Positions 42,061 through 55,198 of a DNA stretch of 64,000 nucleotides are shown one piece after another; position 1 is the first letter of the stretch; every line of letters begins with the position of its first letter. The notes under the pieces are model-generated. The model made no database searches, had not been told where the DNA came from, and saw nothing but the letters and a program-made list of their open reading frames with translations. A program made the translations under genes and the position numbers. Source of the stretch: Octopus sinensis (lineage: Eukaryota); assembly GCF_006345805.1 (NCBI RefSeq), contig NC_042999.1, positions 106,206,001 through 106,270,000 of the forward strand, given 5' to 3'.

Positions 42061-43509
42061 TATAGAGATTTAAAGATGCACACTCCCCCACCGTCCCCAA
42101 TCAAATCGCTTTCCCTAATTGCTATTTTTTCTTCCTAAATCTATTCTAAAAGACAAATTCCATCATATCTTGTGCTTGTATTCTTTGTTAACTGCAGGCA
42201 ACATCCTCTTCACCAACCATTAGCTGTCAAGTCAATACAGACACGCTGTGAAGCCTTTCTTGATGGAGGAAGTTCGTTGCTTAATATTCATATTACAGTG
42301 TTGTTATCAGATCCATGCACCTTATATTCAATTATATGCATATAAAGTGCATTTAGTTATGTACATAAAACATCCGGAGGTGGTTGATCGTAATGATTAA
42401 AGTAGTATTAGTGCTAGCCATATATGTGCTTTTGATTGCATAATCTCCATATTATGCCAGGATTATGCAGCAGAATCATTCGTGCATTGATATATGCATG
42501 TGTTTTATTGATAATTGTATATGCATTCAACCGTTGTCTCAGTGTTAGTATGAATATATGTGCTATGCCGAAGGTATTTCGCTACAGATCTATGCGTAAG
42601 AAAGCTATCTTGTGTTGTGAGCTCAGATGAAATATGAATAGTAGGTTATTTATATAGCATAGTTATTGCCCTTTGAAGATACTGCACGGACATAAATGCA
42701 GTAGAAATCAGGTGTATAATACCATAGAAATTCAAGAATTAGTGGTCTGATTGAACATTTCTAGTTCATAATATGTATAAAATGTGATAAATAGTTTGTA
42801 TTTTACCAAATGTTATTCCCATAATTATGCTTCAAAATATACCTTTTATGGGAAAAATAATTTCGAATTGGTAACATTCATTTAGAAAATTATTCACATT
42901 TGTATAACTTCCAAGTGGGAAATTAGTTTCTGTGCCATTTCTAAGTATTCAAATGATGATAGCGATGTAAAAGACGCGAGAATTTTTAAACACAGCGTTT
43001 AAATTATATCGAGGAATTTACTAAATGGGAGCCATACTGCGCTTGCATGCTTATTGTCAAAACCTATACTGTATCTTAATACCTGTTGACAATATTAAAA
43101 GATAAAGGAGCGCTATTGCTTTGATGTATTGAAGTAGCGCCATTTGAAATCTACTTCAGACACCTCATTCGTTATTTCCTGCTTATTTCATGTACGCAGA
43201 ATGCGTATGAAAGATCTCATTACAGTGTGATCTGCGATAGTTGTTTGTTTAACCCAATGGATATTTATCTATCATTAGGTTAATACCATGATAAGGATGC
43301 CGAAATCCAACGGCCATTGTAAGCATTGAAAACTTTAGAAGCCGACTGTGTCCACGGTTTGTAAAAGCTATTGTGTTGTAATGAAGACGTAAAATACTTG
43401 TTGTTTATAACTACGTCAATTCTGTTCGAATTATGAGCATTCCATATTTTATAGACGACTAATTTATGCAATATGTCCTTTCTTATTCTAGAAAGCTGTG
43501 TTGAATAGG

Positions 43510-43587
<78 letters not shown>

Positions 43588-44419
43588 TATATAAGTATAA
43601 GAAACTTCCCGGCAAAGTTTAGAGACTCCCAAATTATAGGTGAGAAAGTTTTAATATACAGCGATTTATATCTCCGATCCTTTTGCCCTGCACTAATTCA
43701 GTGTAAATTCTGGTATAGAGAGAGCCACCTGAACGAATTTATATCTTATTACAAAGGTCTGCAACCAAAATATTGTTTTACATTTCTTTAGTGAAACTGA
43801 TGAAGTTTTTACCTGCTGATTTCAAAATTTAGAAAGAAATTGCCTTATTACGTATTTCTTCACAAAATCGACATTTGCATTTTAGCATTGTATTCAAATT
43901 TTACTACTGCTTTTTATTATTACTATTAATTGAATATGAATGTTATTTGCTTATACTTTCAAAAACATCGAGCAGCCTTGTAAATCATCCTTGTTTCAAA
44001 TAGTGTGATCATATCAATGTAATGTTACCTTCATTATTTCTATTCCTGGTGAGTGCTATTTATCTATTTCCATTATTTACGTGTATTAGTATTTGATAGT
44101 ATACATATAAGGAATTTAGCATTGCACCTCTAACATGTGGTATAATGATGTTACTATCTACTTCTAACATTTGATATTTAGAGTATTTATAAATATATAT
44201 TAATATATTCTTTTCCCCATCTGTGCCGTGATATAAGTTCTAACTCAGCATCTGATAAACATTACATCTACCTCATCCCCAGAACCATAAAATGCTAAAA
44301 TATTCATTCCAAAATTTCGACTCAAAATGCCAGTTTTCAAAAAGCTAGGACTCTTTTCCGCGTTTTCTATCTACACTATCCCTGATTGCAGGTGTCATAT
44401 TTATGAACGCGCGCGGGTA

Positions 44420-44589
44420 CGTATATGTAAACACACAGACGCGCGCGCGCGCATATATATACATATATATATATGTATGTATGTATAGACTTACATATTT
44501 ATACATATATATACATATATATACATATATATATATATTTACATATTTATACATATCTACATATACATACTTGAACGCACACATGTATG

Positions 44590-44620
<31 letters not shown>

Positions 44621-45337
44621 TTGTCTGTAGAACCGCATACATTTTAGTACGTTTTTTAAATATCTAAATGTATCACATTCTTTAGAATTTAACCGGGATA
44701 AAATTTATGACCGATTCTTTCGTCTGTACACGAACATGATTATGTGTATGTCCGCGGATTATCAGCAAGGGAAAAGCATCAGACTAAACAATATTTGGTT
44801 ACATTTCTTAAGATTATAATATCAATTCATGCTGGAATGAGCTTTCTTATCCATCCATATGGAGCCGATAAAAAAAATTACCAATGGATAGTGAGACCTA
44901 TATAATAAAAGTTCCCAGTCCATTAAGCCTTGGTGGTGCTGCGCTAGTTTCATTAATTTATATATCTCTCTTCGTTGGTTCTTAGCAATCTTATATCGCA
45001 ATCAAATCGCAGTACAGCTGTTTTGTCCTTCTATGTGTCTTACGTGTAGTATTTTATCTTGGCTCCATTATGGCTGTAGATATGTACATGTGACTATATA
45101 TATATAATATACGAGTCTAAATACCCGAGGCATGTTCCATAAATCATGAGAGCTCATTGTGATCATACAGTAAATTTTCGATGAATAACGGTGCGGTTAA
45201 TTTGAAATTCAAAATATACAGGATTGTGTAATGTGAGAACATATGGGAATGAAATCAATTTCCTCAGGAAATGGGTCTTAGAATAAATAACTACATATAA
45301 TGTTTGGTGTGTGCGTCACCAATTACACATCATATAA

Positions 45338-45379
<42 letters not shown>

Positions 45380-45587
45380 GTGTATGTAATCACAGACATA
45401 TATACATGCACATGTACATATACGTGTGTGTATATCTATGTGTGTGTATGTATGTATTTATATGTTACATATATATAAACATGTATATTTAAGCGTATAT
45501 ACACAATACACACACAGTCTTACACAGACACACACAAACACGCACACAGGCAGACAGACATACACACACACACGCACACATACACGC

Positions 45588-45641
<54 letters not shown>

Positions 45642-46373
45642 CATGCATGCATGCATAAAGAATCATACATTGCACACATACAATCGAGGTACGAACGAAG
45701 ATGTATAGAATGATGTCAGAGAGAGGATAAATGGCAAGAAAATGGAGAAAGTTTGTAGGATTGGACAACGGCACATTTATTAGGTTCACAAGGCTCATTT
45801 GAGTAAAGCTGAGAGCATCCAACTAATTCAGGAAATCAGTCTATTATTATGTTAACAGATGAGCCGGAAAGAGAAGTAACAAAACGAAGTGCCTGCAAGG
45901 ATTAAAGATTTTCATTAAGTGACGTTGTAATGACCAGGCATAGGGCTTCGTTTGAAGATTAACTTCAGTTAATTGAATCCTATAATTTGTGTTCGTATGT
46001 GTAAATGTGACAGGATTATGTATAGTTGTTTGTGTGCATGTGAATATGCGTGCGTATATGTGAGCGTGTGTGTGTACGTGTGTGTATAAGTGTGTGAGTG
46101 TGTATCAGATTATGTCCCTTCATTTGTGCGTTTATGAATAGTTGCAGGCGTGCTAAACATTGAATATATTCTAGCATTTATATTTGTATTTTTGTTCTTT
46201 AAATAATGCTCTATGTACCACATACGGTTGTTCGATTAAATGAATGGTCTCTTTCACTCTCTTTCACTGACTCTCCCACTGACTCTCTCTCTCTCTCTCT
46301 TCCACTTTGAGTATATATATATATATATATATATATATTCACACACACACACACACACACACAACACACACAC

Positions 46374-46415
<42 letters not shown>

Positions 46416-46472
46416 TGTATGTGCGTATATATATATATTTTATATCTATACATACATACATACATATATATT

Positions 46473-46503
<31 letters not shown>

Positions 46504-46579
46504 GCATGTATGAGTGTATATATATATTTTATATCCATACATACATACATACATACATACATACATACATACTATATAT

Positions 46580-46651
<72 letters not shown>

Positions 46652-46655
46652 ATAT
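44420..46655. repeat. Cluster of three compound microsatellites (44420-44620, 45340-45650, 46260-46655)
   Basis: Directly visible; separated by unique AT-rich DNA. Confidence 0.9.
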
Positions 46656-46739
46656 CCCAGTCACATTACTTGCCAAAGAGCCATATAAATATTTGTTTTT
46701 AAAGGTGTCATAATTCTGAAAAAGATATAGGAATTAGTT

Positions 46740-47085
46740 TTAAAGACGTCATGGAGAACGTCTTAACTTATTACAAGGATCCAAAATACTACCACATAAT
46801 GGGGGAAATGCTGGCAAAGCTCGTGGCCTTGGGATGGAAAATGAGCTTTAAATTTAATTTTACACATGCCCATTTAGATTTTTCCGGAAAATGTTGGGGA
46901 TAAATAGTGAATAAATAGTACGAGGAAATGATTCAAGATATAAAGAAGATGGAAAGAAGATATCAAGGAAGATCGAATATCAACATAATGGCCGCTTAGT
47001 GTTGGATGTTGCATCACCAGTGTCCATCAAATACTCACAAACGAAAGAGTTCCAAGCGTAGTTTCCAAGACAAAAAGAAATGATT
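46740..47085 (+). mobile_element. Chapaev-like (CMC superfamily) DNA transposase C-terminal remnant
   Basis: YKDPKYYHIMGEMLAKLVALGWKMSFKFNFTHAHLDF...IQDIKKMERRYQGRSNINIMAA*CWML, matching the MSLKxHFLHSHLDFF...GERFHQDIxxMExRYQG...MADYCW motif. The superfamily assignment is from recall. Confidence 0.72.
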
Positions 47086-48343
47086 TTTAAGAACTGAACC
47101 TAAAAATTTAATCGAACCCTTGAGAAACCTATTTCTTCAGCTTTTCCTTGTCTTCGTGCACTTTTATTTTATTAAATGAATTACGAACTTCATTTTGTCG
47201 CACAATATATGGATTTACCTACAAGTTGTGGTATATTTTCCCATTAGATTCTGAGAAAATGGGAAACAGATTTCGAATTAGCACTACATATATTAAGTAA
47301 TATGCAATTGTCAATGCTATTTTCAAAACGTTCCATTTCGCTGAACTGTGTTATCTGCACTAGCTTCCATACGACAACAAAAGCAAGTTTGTCTTTCTTA
47401 TGTCTGATAGTAACAGACATTAAAAGAATGTTGATAATGTGATACACTTTGAAATGTTTCATAGCTATCTTTGAAGATTTATTACAATGAAGGCTATCAA
47501 TGTACAATAGAGTACTCCTTATAATAAATACTACTTTTAGCAATGCAGCACCTGGACTCTCTTCACACCTGGCTTTTTTTTATTTTATGAATGCATTCCT
47601 CTCTAATACCCGGTATTTTGGGTGGTGGGGTTGCCTTATTCATTAGAACAGAAAATTTTCAATTGAATTGCTGCATGAATCTGACGAAAAAGACACTGGA
47701 TGGATATGGAAATTTGACAATGTCACGAAAGAGGCAGCCAGTGCTTCTTTTGAAACAGTTGTATCACTCGATTACTTTTTACATTCTTTTTTATTTACAA
47801 ATTTGATTGCACCATTTTGTGCGTGTTTGTGTTTTTATGTGTGGGGGCGTATGTGCATGAGCGCGTGTATGTTAATACATACACACCCACACACAAATAT
47901 ATTTATATTGAGAGAGAGTGTGAAAGGGATGATGTGTGTATATGTATGGTTATTAACACACATTTCCTATTTTTTTAACCAAGTGATTTAAACGGTGTAC
48001 AATAATTTGCTTACGATGCAAACGTATTTTAACTTGAGATTAAAACTTTTAGATAGTGTTTTTAAATCAGCCAGTTTTTATATCATAATTTTAGGAGTTA
48101 AATTCACTTTATTTTTCGTATTAGTCTTTCATGCGTAAATACGTCTGGCTTGTAGCCTGTAAGTGTGCTTCGTTTGTTTACCATGTTTCTTTCGCAAGCA
48201 AACATTTTCAAATTTAGTTCACGGTAAAGATCGTTTCAATTTATGTAGAATACAGTTATTTTTAGAGGAGGGTGTAGAGTTAGTAAAAACAAGCGATAAA
48301 TCAAAATAGGGTACTACCTGCGCGTATAATATACTTTTCTACT

Positions 48344-48452
48344 CTAGGCAGAAGGCCCAAAAGTTTAGATCGAACCAAGTACGCGACTGGTACTTCATTT
48401 ATCGATCCCGAAGGGATGAAAGGCAAAGTCGATCTCGGCGAAATTTCTACTC
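48344..48452 (-). mobile_element. tRNA-derived SINE body fragment
   Basis: ctggtacttcatttatcgatcccgaagggatgaaaggcaaagtcgatctcggcg is the reverse complement of the family core. Confidence 0.85.
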
Positions 48453-49199
48453 ACGTATAATATAGTGGAATATACCATAAGAAGACAAAAAAATCAAGCA
48501 GGGAAAGAGTAAGACCGTTAGCATTACAGAAAATATGGAATATCGGGAGCGACAAGAAACAATACAAATGCATAACCTCAATGATGATCAGGAGATGGTA
48601 ATATTTTGAAATGTTGAGAAACATTCTCTCTTAACTGTATTTTAACTTGATAGAAAGAACGACAAGTTTATAAAGTTTGTGTCAATATGATTAAGTTAGT
48701 AGTTCCATGTGTTATGCGCTGCGTAAAGTAAATCTAATTACAACTAATTGAGGAGTGAGGACATTTATTATTAGTCAATGGCTTATGTTAATTATTCAAG
48801 TGATTATGTAAGACATGTCTGGACATGCCTCGATCTTCGTTTAGACTTCATGTTAGTTGCTATAGTAGTGAAGCGATGCACTATATAATATGGGATAAAC
48901 TTTTATTCGCCTTAATAATTCCAAAATTAGTTATGTAAAATCATTCTTCACATACCGCTTCGGACATTAAAATGTTCAATAAGAGACACCCATGTAGGGA
49001 AGGAAGCACCTTACATGTTTAGGCGAAGTTTTTTTTTCTGAATATCTGCAATCGCTTCACGTACTTGCCGAATAATTTAAATAATATATGCATTTGTCTA
49101 CGATAGTGCTGGGATGGATTATCAGTGTGGATAATATTGTAGTCTGTACAGGCAGCAGGGATTAAACATCGTGCTCTTGAGAATGGACTCCGCTGCCAA

Positions 49200-49700
49200 T
49201 GCCTTCAAGTTAAATAAGAGGGCGTACCTGTGATGGAAACAATGACAGTTCATTCAAACTGTTGATGGGTGTTGCAGGTTGTCCGAATATAAGCAGTCTC
49301 ATTCGAAGGCAGAGTTGGCAACTGTGGGTTCAAAGTGAGTGCGGAAGGACCTTGTCAATGAAACACCATTCAATATTAGGAAAGTCGTTCCGATGGTCAC
49401 GAAATCTCCAAATAAGATGGGTCAGGGAAGTAGAGTTTTCCCTATCCTTGCACCTTCCTGTCCCAAATTATCTGGTATCGAATGGAGCATTATTGACAGA
49501 ACAGGAAGAATGAACAATGTTACGGTTGCCATCAGATGTACGTGTTCTTCATGAATTTTCAAGTAACTGGCTGCAGACAACCCAGATATACCGACTTAGG
49601 TTTTCCTGCTCCATACTCAAAGTCAGTTTACACTGCCGCCCGTATAAATAACAGCTACATCCATTCTGACAATCCAAACTAGCATATGAAATGTTATTCC
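49200..49700 (-). mobile_element. PLE GIY-YIG endonuclease remnant of a different lineage (Cys-containing C-terminus)
   Basis: Reverse frames: VIYTG...VYLGC (GIY-YIG), then ENSTSLTHLIWRFRDH...NIEWCFIDKV...CQLCLRMRLLI...NSLNEL. Confidence 0.7.
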
Positions 49701-49939
49701 AGTACCACCATATATGGTCCATGCCTTGTAAGTGTGAGAGTTTCCTCTAGCTCTCGACCACAAACTCGCTCTGCTATGTGTACTAGCAAATGCAATAGAA
49801 TATATAAAACCATACCGCAATTTCCAGAAATAGCATCAACAGCAGCTTACCGACAGCCTGTCCGTCCACGCACACTTAAGACAAAGAAAATAAATGATAT
49901 CCTTTCAGGCCAAACATGTTATATGACCTTTGTTACCAC

Positions 49940-50380
49940 TAGAAACCCAATAACTGGAGACAATTTTGCATCTATTCCATATGCTGTTACTGTATCTCGA
50001 CATAGAAGTCCGACTTGCAGAAACTTACAAAGAAAACAGCCTAGATTAATGAGTAGATCCACTCCTATTTTATTAGAAGTCGACGCCAGACTACACATCG
50101 CAAAATTGACATTGGTGAAACAAAAGCAGATGGATTTGGAAGTCTCCCTCATCCACCATACTCACCTAATCTTGCTCCCACTGACTATGACTACAACGTC
50201 TTCCAGAATTTGGATAACTTTTTGATAGGAAACAAATTTAATTTCGACGATGATGTAAAACTGGCCATCCAAGATTTTATTGACTCTAGATTGCCAGGCT
50301 TTTACAGTTTCGAGCTGGACAAGTTACTGCTGAAATGGCAAAAGTGTATTGACAATATGGGTACATACTTTGATGAATAA
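49940..50380 (+). mobile_element. Mariner transposase C-terminal remnant (second subfamily)
   Basis: LQRKQPRLMSRSTPILLEVDARLHIAKLT...LPHPPYSPNLAPTDY...LDNFL...KLLLKWQKCIDNMGTYFDE*. Confidence 0.88.
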
Positions 50381-50405
50381 AACTATTTCTTATATTTATG
50401 AAACA

Positions 50406-50590
50406 CTAGCAGTATAACCCGGTCTTGCCCAGGATTAAGTTACGATTATTAAGCTAATCGAGTTCTTTATTTCAAACCAAACTAAGTAATATAGACGTCA
50501 AATTTGGGCGAAATCCGTTGAAATTAGTTATATAGTATATATATATATTATATATATTATATATATATATATATATAATATAATATAAAT
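50406..50590 (-). mobile_element. Short non-autonomous Helitron derivative (3' end)
   Basis: Reverse strand ends cctgggcaagaccgggttatactgCTAG|T, close to the 3' end at 17987-18014. The 5' end is lost in (TA)n. Confidence 0.75.
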
Positions 50591-50812
50591 ATATATGGGC
50601 AACAGACACGAACACACATACACACACGTACGTACGTACATCTATTGCATGTTTTGTGCACGCATACATGTTCATAAGCAGAAATGAATGGAAAAAATGT
50701 TGCTAAATTTGTAGATTAACACTCGCACGATTTTCACTAAAGTATATATACTATGATTATAAAATATTGTGTCTTTCAAAGACAAAAACAAAACATTTTA
50801 CATTTCATTTTT

Positions 50813-51060
50813 TATGAACGTCATAACTTAATCTCTCTGTCTCTCCCTCTCTCACTTTGTCCTTCCCGTGATGAAACTCTCTGCCTCCTTCTTCCACTTT
50901 TCTTTATCTTCTTTTTTGTTAGACGCTGGCAAAAAGCTAAGGCTGTTTATGAACGTTGTCATTTACTCTCTGTCTCTCCCTCTCTCACTTTGTCTTTCCT
51001 GTGAAACTCTATGCCTCCTTCTTCCACTTTTCTTTATCTTATTGTTTTTGTTAAACGCCA
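50813..51060 (+). repeat. Two-copy tandem repeat, ~135-bp pyrimidine-rich unit
   Basis: atgaacgt...tctctgtctctccctctctcactttgtc...gtgaaactct..gcctccttcttccacttttctttatctt occurs twice. Confidence 0.9.
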
Positions 51061-53324
51061 CGGGTGTCTCGTGGAAAACATAAGTTGACAAAACCCAGAT
51101 AGGATGTTGACAAATGTCCTCCCAAAATTGGAGCGACATGCGTGCTAATTTGTGGACGTGCATAAATTGCAATCACGTAAACATATGATTAGCAAATTCT
51201 TTTTCTCATGTACACATTTCCTACTTTACAACCTAATAGGAAATTTGCCTGGGGCTGAGGCAAAGCACACACAAGTACAGATAAAAGCATACATACATGC
51301 ATACAAGCTGTTGTCTCTAGCCAGCAGTTGTCCAGCACGGACGACGGGAGATTATGCAGAAGCCATTGGTTTGGTGGTACTACTAGTGGCTAGGAGGAAG
51401 TAGTATGCTCCCTTGCTCACAGTATATTACAGACACAGATTGTGTGTCGATAACAAGTTGGAAAATATGTTTTCCTGGGATTAAAAGGTAGTAACATGGT
51501 CTTACGCAGGAATGCCACCTTATGATGACAACAGATTTTACTATATATATATGTGTGTGTGTATGTGTGTGTGTGTTTGTGTGTGTATGTATACATATAG
51601 ATATACGTATATGCGTGTGCATGAGCGTGTGTGTGAATGGTTTTTGTGAGTGCTTCCACTTCATAGCTACATTGTTCCCTACTTTCTATTCATTTTAGAA
51701 AGCCATAAAATTTGTAGCATTAATATGATATGCCTGACAGTATATTTTATAAATATTTGATACAGTCGCATAGACTATGTATTACAGTTGAAGTACATGT
51801 GTATTTTCGTTTCGCTGCGCGTAATTTGTGGGACATCTGAGACAAAATTCTTTATATTTTTCATTGAAGGAAGTAAAGTTTGAAATGTATCTTTATCATT
51901 ACTCTGTTAATTTAGCTAAAAGTACTATTATAACTTAATATCTCTGTTTATGAATATACACCTCCACATCTCTTCTTATGTTATAATTAAAAACATTTTA
52001 CATTAAATTGATGCATTACTCAATACATTTGATAGAGTACATATTTATTATTCTGTAACAAGAAAAGTATTGACAGCGATTTCGAAGTTTCAGCCTGCTA
52101 AGCCATCACCGAACTATCCGATGTTGGCTTAGCTAACCTAAACTTCGAAGTTACTGTTAACAATAGCCTTGTCAAAGAATAATATACACACATATATATA
52201 TATAAATAAGTAACAGTAGAGATACAAGTGACAAACATATTTGAATAGAATGTATTTACCAGAATAGTGTATATTTGATTAGAACAGAGAAATTAAGGGG
52301 TTAGTAGATTTTTTCGGAGGAAGTAATAATTGATTCCAGTGATCCAATTATCTATACTTCTAACAAGAGAGGAGGGCGAGGCTCCAAGGTTTAAATTTAT
52401 TTATTAAGGAGTTGTTTAATGTCTACTGGTCAGTGGTAATAAAATGAATATCATCGGGCTGGTACTTAGGTGCCACGTTCGATATTTACTTAACATTGTT
52501 TTGTGTGTATATTATTCCGACCTAATGAGGTGTCTCAATGTAAGTACATAATTAAACTTAATCTTATATACAGATAGATAGATTGGTTGATACACATGCA
52601 TAATTATATAAGTGTACGTACGTATGCAGTTGTGTGTGGACAGGTGAATGCATTTAGATGCATAGAAACTCACAGTTTTGTATCTCGTAATTCAATGCTG
52701 AAACTTAGAATTATACAATTTTGTTTGTGTTTACTCTCGCACATACTCATAGAAGCATATAACAGTGATTAAGAAAACCATTATGTTGCAGTTATGTACA
52801 GATTACGCAAAAATATGAATTTTGAGACCTTTAGTGATGTTGATATGCCGTATGAAAATATCCCTAAGTATGGAGATTCGGAATCCCTGATAGCTAATTT
52901 AATGTCCAATATGGTGTGACGGCATAAATATCGCATGTCTACGAAGAATAGATTAAATATAGTTACAGTTATCTATGCACGTGTTACTTTTTTATTTGAA
53001 GTAGTTTGTCGGTAGGCTTGCTTTACTCTAATTAATTATCAATATCGGCAGCGTAATTCTTGTTTGTGTCAAAGCATTCTGCTTCCCCATTGTATAATAA
53101 CTATCATTGTTAATTACGACATTATTTTAGGCAATTAACCTTTTGTGCGCTTATTAATTCTTGTGAACGCAATTTATAATCTACTTTGGTCACAACATCT
53201 TATGTGCATGCGTACTATCGTGCAGTTTAGAAGAAATATTGGTAAGCATGTGTAATTCAGTGTACAGCGAATATCAGGCGTCGTATTTTGCGTTTCGCTG
53301 TAATACGTGGATACAGCTACATTC

Positions 53325-53434
53325 ATGAAATATCAATTCAAGGATAACTTTGTTTTCCGTTCACACCGGCTGTTGTCTTTTGTTCCCGTACTTTCCCTCA
53401 GATTATTCTAGCTTAGCCTTTTATGTTGGCTAAC

Positions 53435-53484
<50 letters not shown>

Positions 53485-53594
53485 GTTAGCCAACATAAAC
53501 GGCTAAGGTAGAATAATTTGAGGGAAAGTACGGGAACAAAAGACAACAGCCGGTGTGAACAGAAAACAAAATTATCCTTGAATTGATATTTCAT
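53325..53594. repeat. 270-bp near-perfect palindrome: 114-bp arms around 42 bp of (TA)n
   Basis: 53325-53438 versus the reverse complement of 53481-53594 shows 5 mismatches and no indels by manual alignment. Confidence 0.97.
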
Positions 53595-54984
53595 ACGTGG
53601 GGACGGCTGTTTAGTGCAAACAAAATGTGCTTTTTTTTACCTAGATTGCTTCTATGAAAGAAAAAATGGTGTACCAGCGAGCTTGAGTTCACGTATATTG
53701 CTACATATACGCACAAATCTAAAATCATGACCATCACCACAATCAGCAGCAGCATGTCGTCGTCGTTACAGCCATTGTAATCATCATCATCGCCCTCGTC
53801 ACCATGACCACCTTCGTAATCATCCTCATCATCGTGGTTCCATTGATGGTGGTGTTTTGTGATGTTCTTAGTGGTACTGAAATTATGTAGCTATATGAAA
53901 ACCATAGACCTAGGATTTTCTTGATAATGTTCTATGCTGTAACAAAACGTTTTCATATAAAAATATCATAGACATGGGGCCTTTTGTATCTCAGCCCACT
54001 CTCTTCCCTCTCAATCTCCCTCTCCTTTGTTCCTTTTCTTCCCCTACCTATCTCTCTCTCTCCCTCTCTCCTACTGCGAATTCAGTTTACATAAAATTGT
54101 ACTATACTTGTAAGATGAGTTGGTGTATATGTATGCGTAAATAGAGAACAGCTTCTCTTTCGGGCATATATGCAGAACATTTCTATGTTCAAGTTTGAGC
54201 TACTCATATCAAAAACTAATAAGGCAAGATATGAAAATGCTCAATAAAGATGATCAAACATAAACGTAATTTCATTAACGTAGGGACCTCCATCACTTTC
54301 TCTTTCACTCTCACTCTCTCACTTTCAGTTCTCTATTTTCTCTGTCTACCTATCTACCTATGTCTCCCACTCTTACACACTCATATAAATGCACAGCTCA
54401 TATAATTGTTGATTATGTTTAACATACATGGCTGTATTTTATGTAAGGAATAAATAATGCTTGATGCAGAAGTCTGTACAAAATCTAGATTGTGTGTCTA
54501 TATAGACACACACACACACACACGCATACAGACATACATACATGCATATACGGACAAATCTGCATGTATGCATATACGCATATATGTATGACATTATTCA
54601 GTTCTATTTCCAGATTTCTTGCTATGTATGTATGCATGTATGTATCAGAAAGGGTGAAGTGTTTACGTATTAGATTCACCGTGTGTCTCCCGTGACCGAA
54701 TCCCCTATATAGAAGCCACACTGTCCCTATATAGTAAACATATCAACGCAGGATTTAAAAAAAAGTATATAATGGTAAGCTCTAAGTTTCGTTTTTCCTT
54801 CTACGTATGTATCTGTGAGTCAATTTCAGATTTCTGTTTAAATTCTTAGCTAAGGCGGCGCGAGAGGCAGTATGTACAGGTTGGTATTGAATACTTGCAT
54901 GCAAGCAAACGGAAAGATCATTTTCCTTTATCTTTTTTTAAATTAAATTATATTATAATTTTGTTCTAATTTTTCGATATACTT

Positions 54985-55198
54985 TAGACGGAAAGCTAGC
55001 AGAATCGTTCACATGACGAGCAAAAGTCTTTGCAGCATTTCGTCTGTCTTTACGTTCTGGATTCAAATACCGCCAAGGCCGACCTTGTCTTCCATCATTC
55101 CGGGGTCGATAAAATAAGTACCAGTTCAACACTGGGGTCGATGTAATTGATGTAGCCCCTCCCTCGAAACTACTGGCCTTGTTCCAAAATTTGAAATC
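54985..55198 (+). mobile_element. tRNA-derived SINE, near full length
   Basis: agctagcagaatcgtt...acgttctggattcaaat...ggggtcgataaaataagtaccag...ctggggtcgatgtaat...ggccttgttccaaaatttgaa. Confidence 0.9.

Noticed and set aside
47244-47800. 99-aa minus ORF with vague LRR-like spacing and adjacent plus ORF (IELLHE...DT...FDN) recalling H-NOX
   Set aside because: Motif spacing does not fit either family, and splice sites are not coherent.
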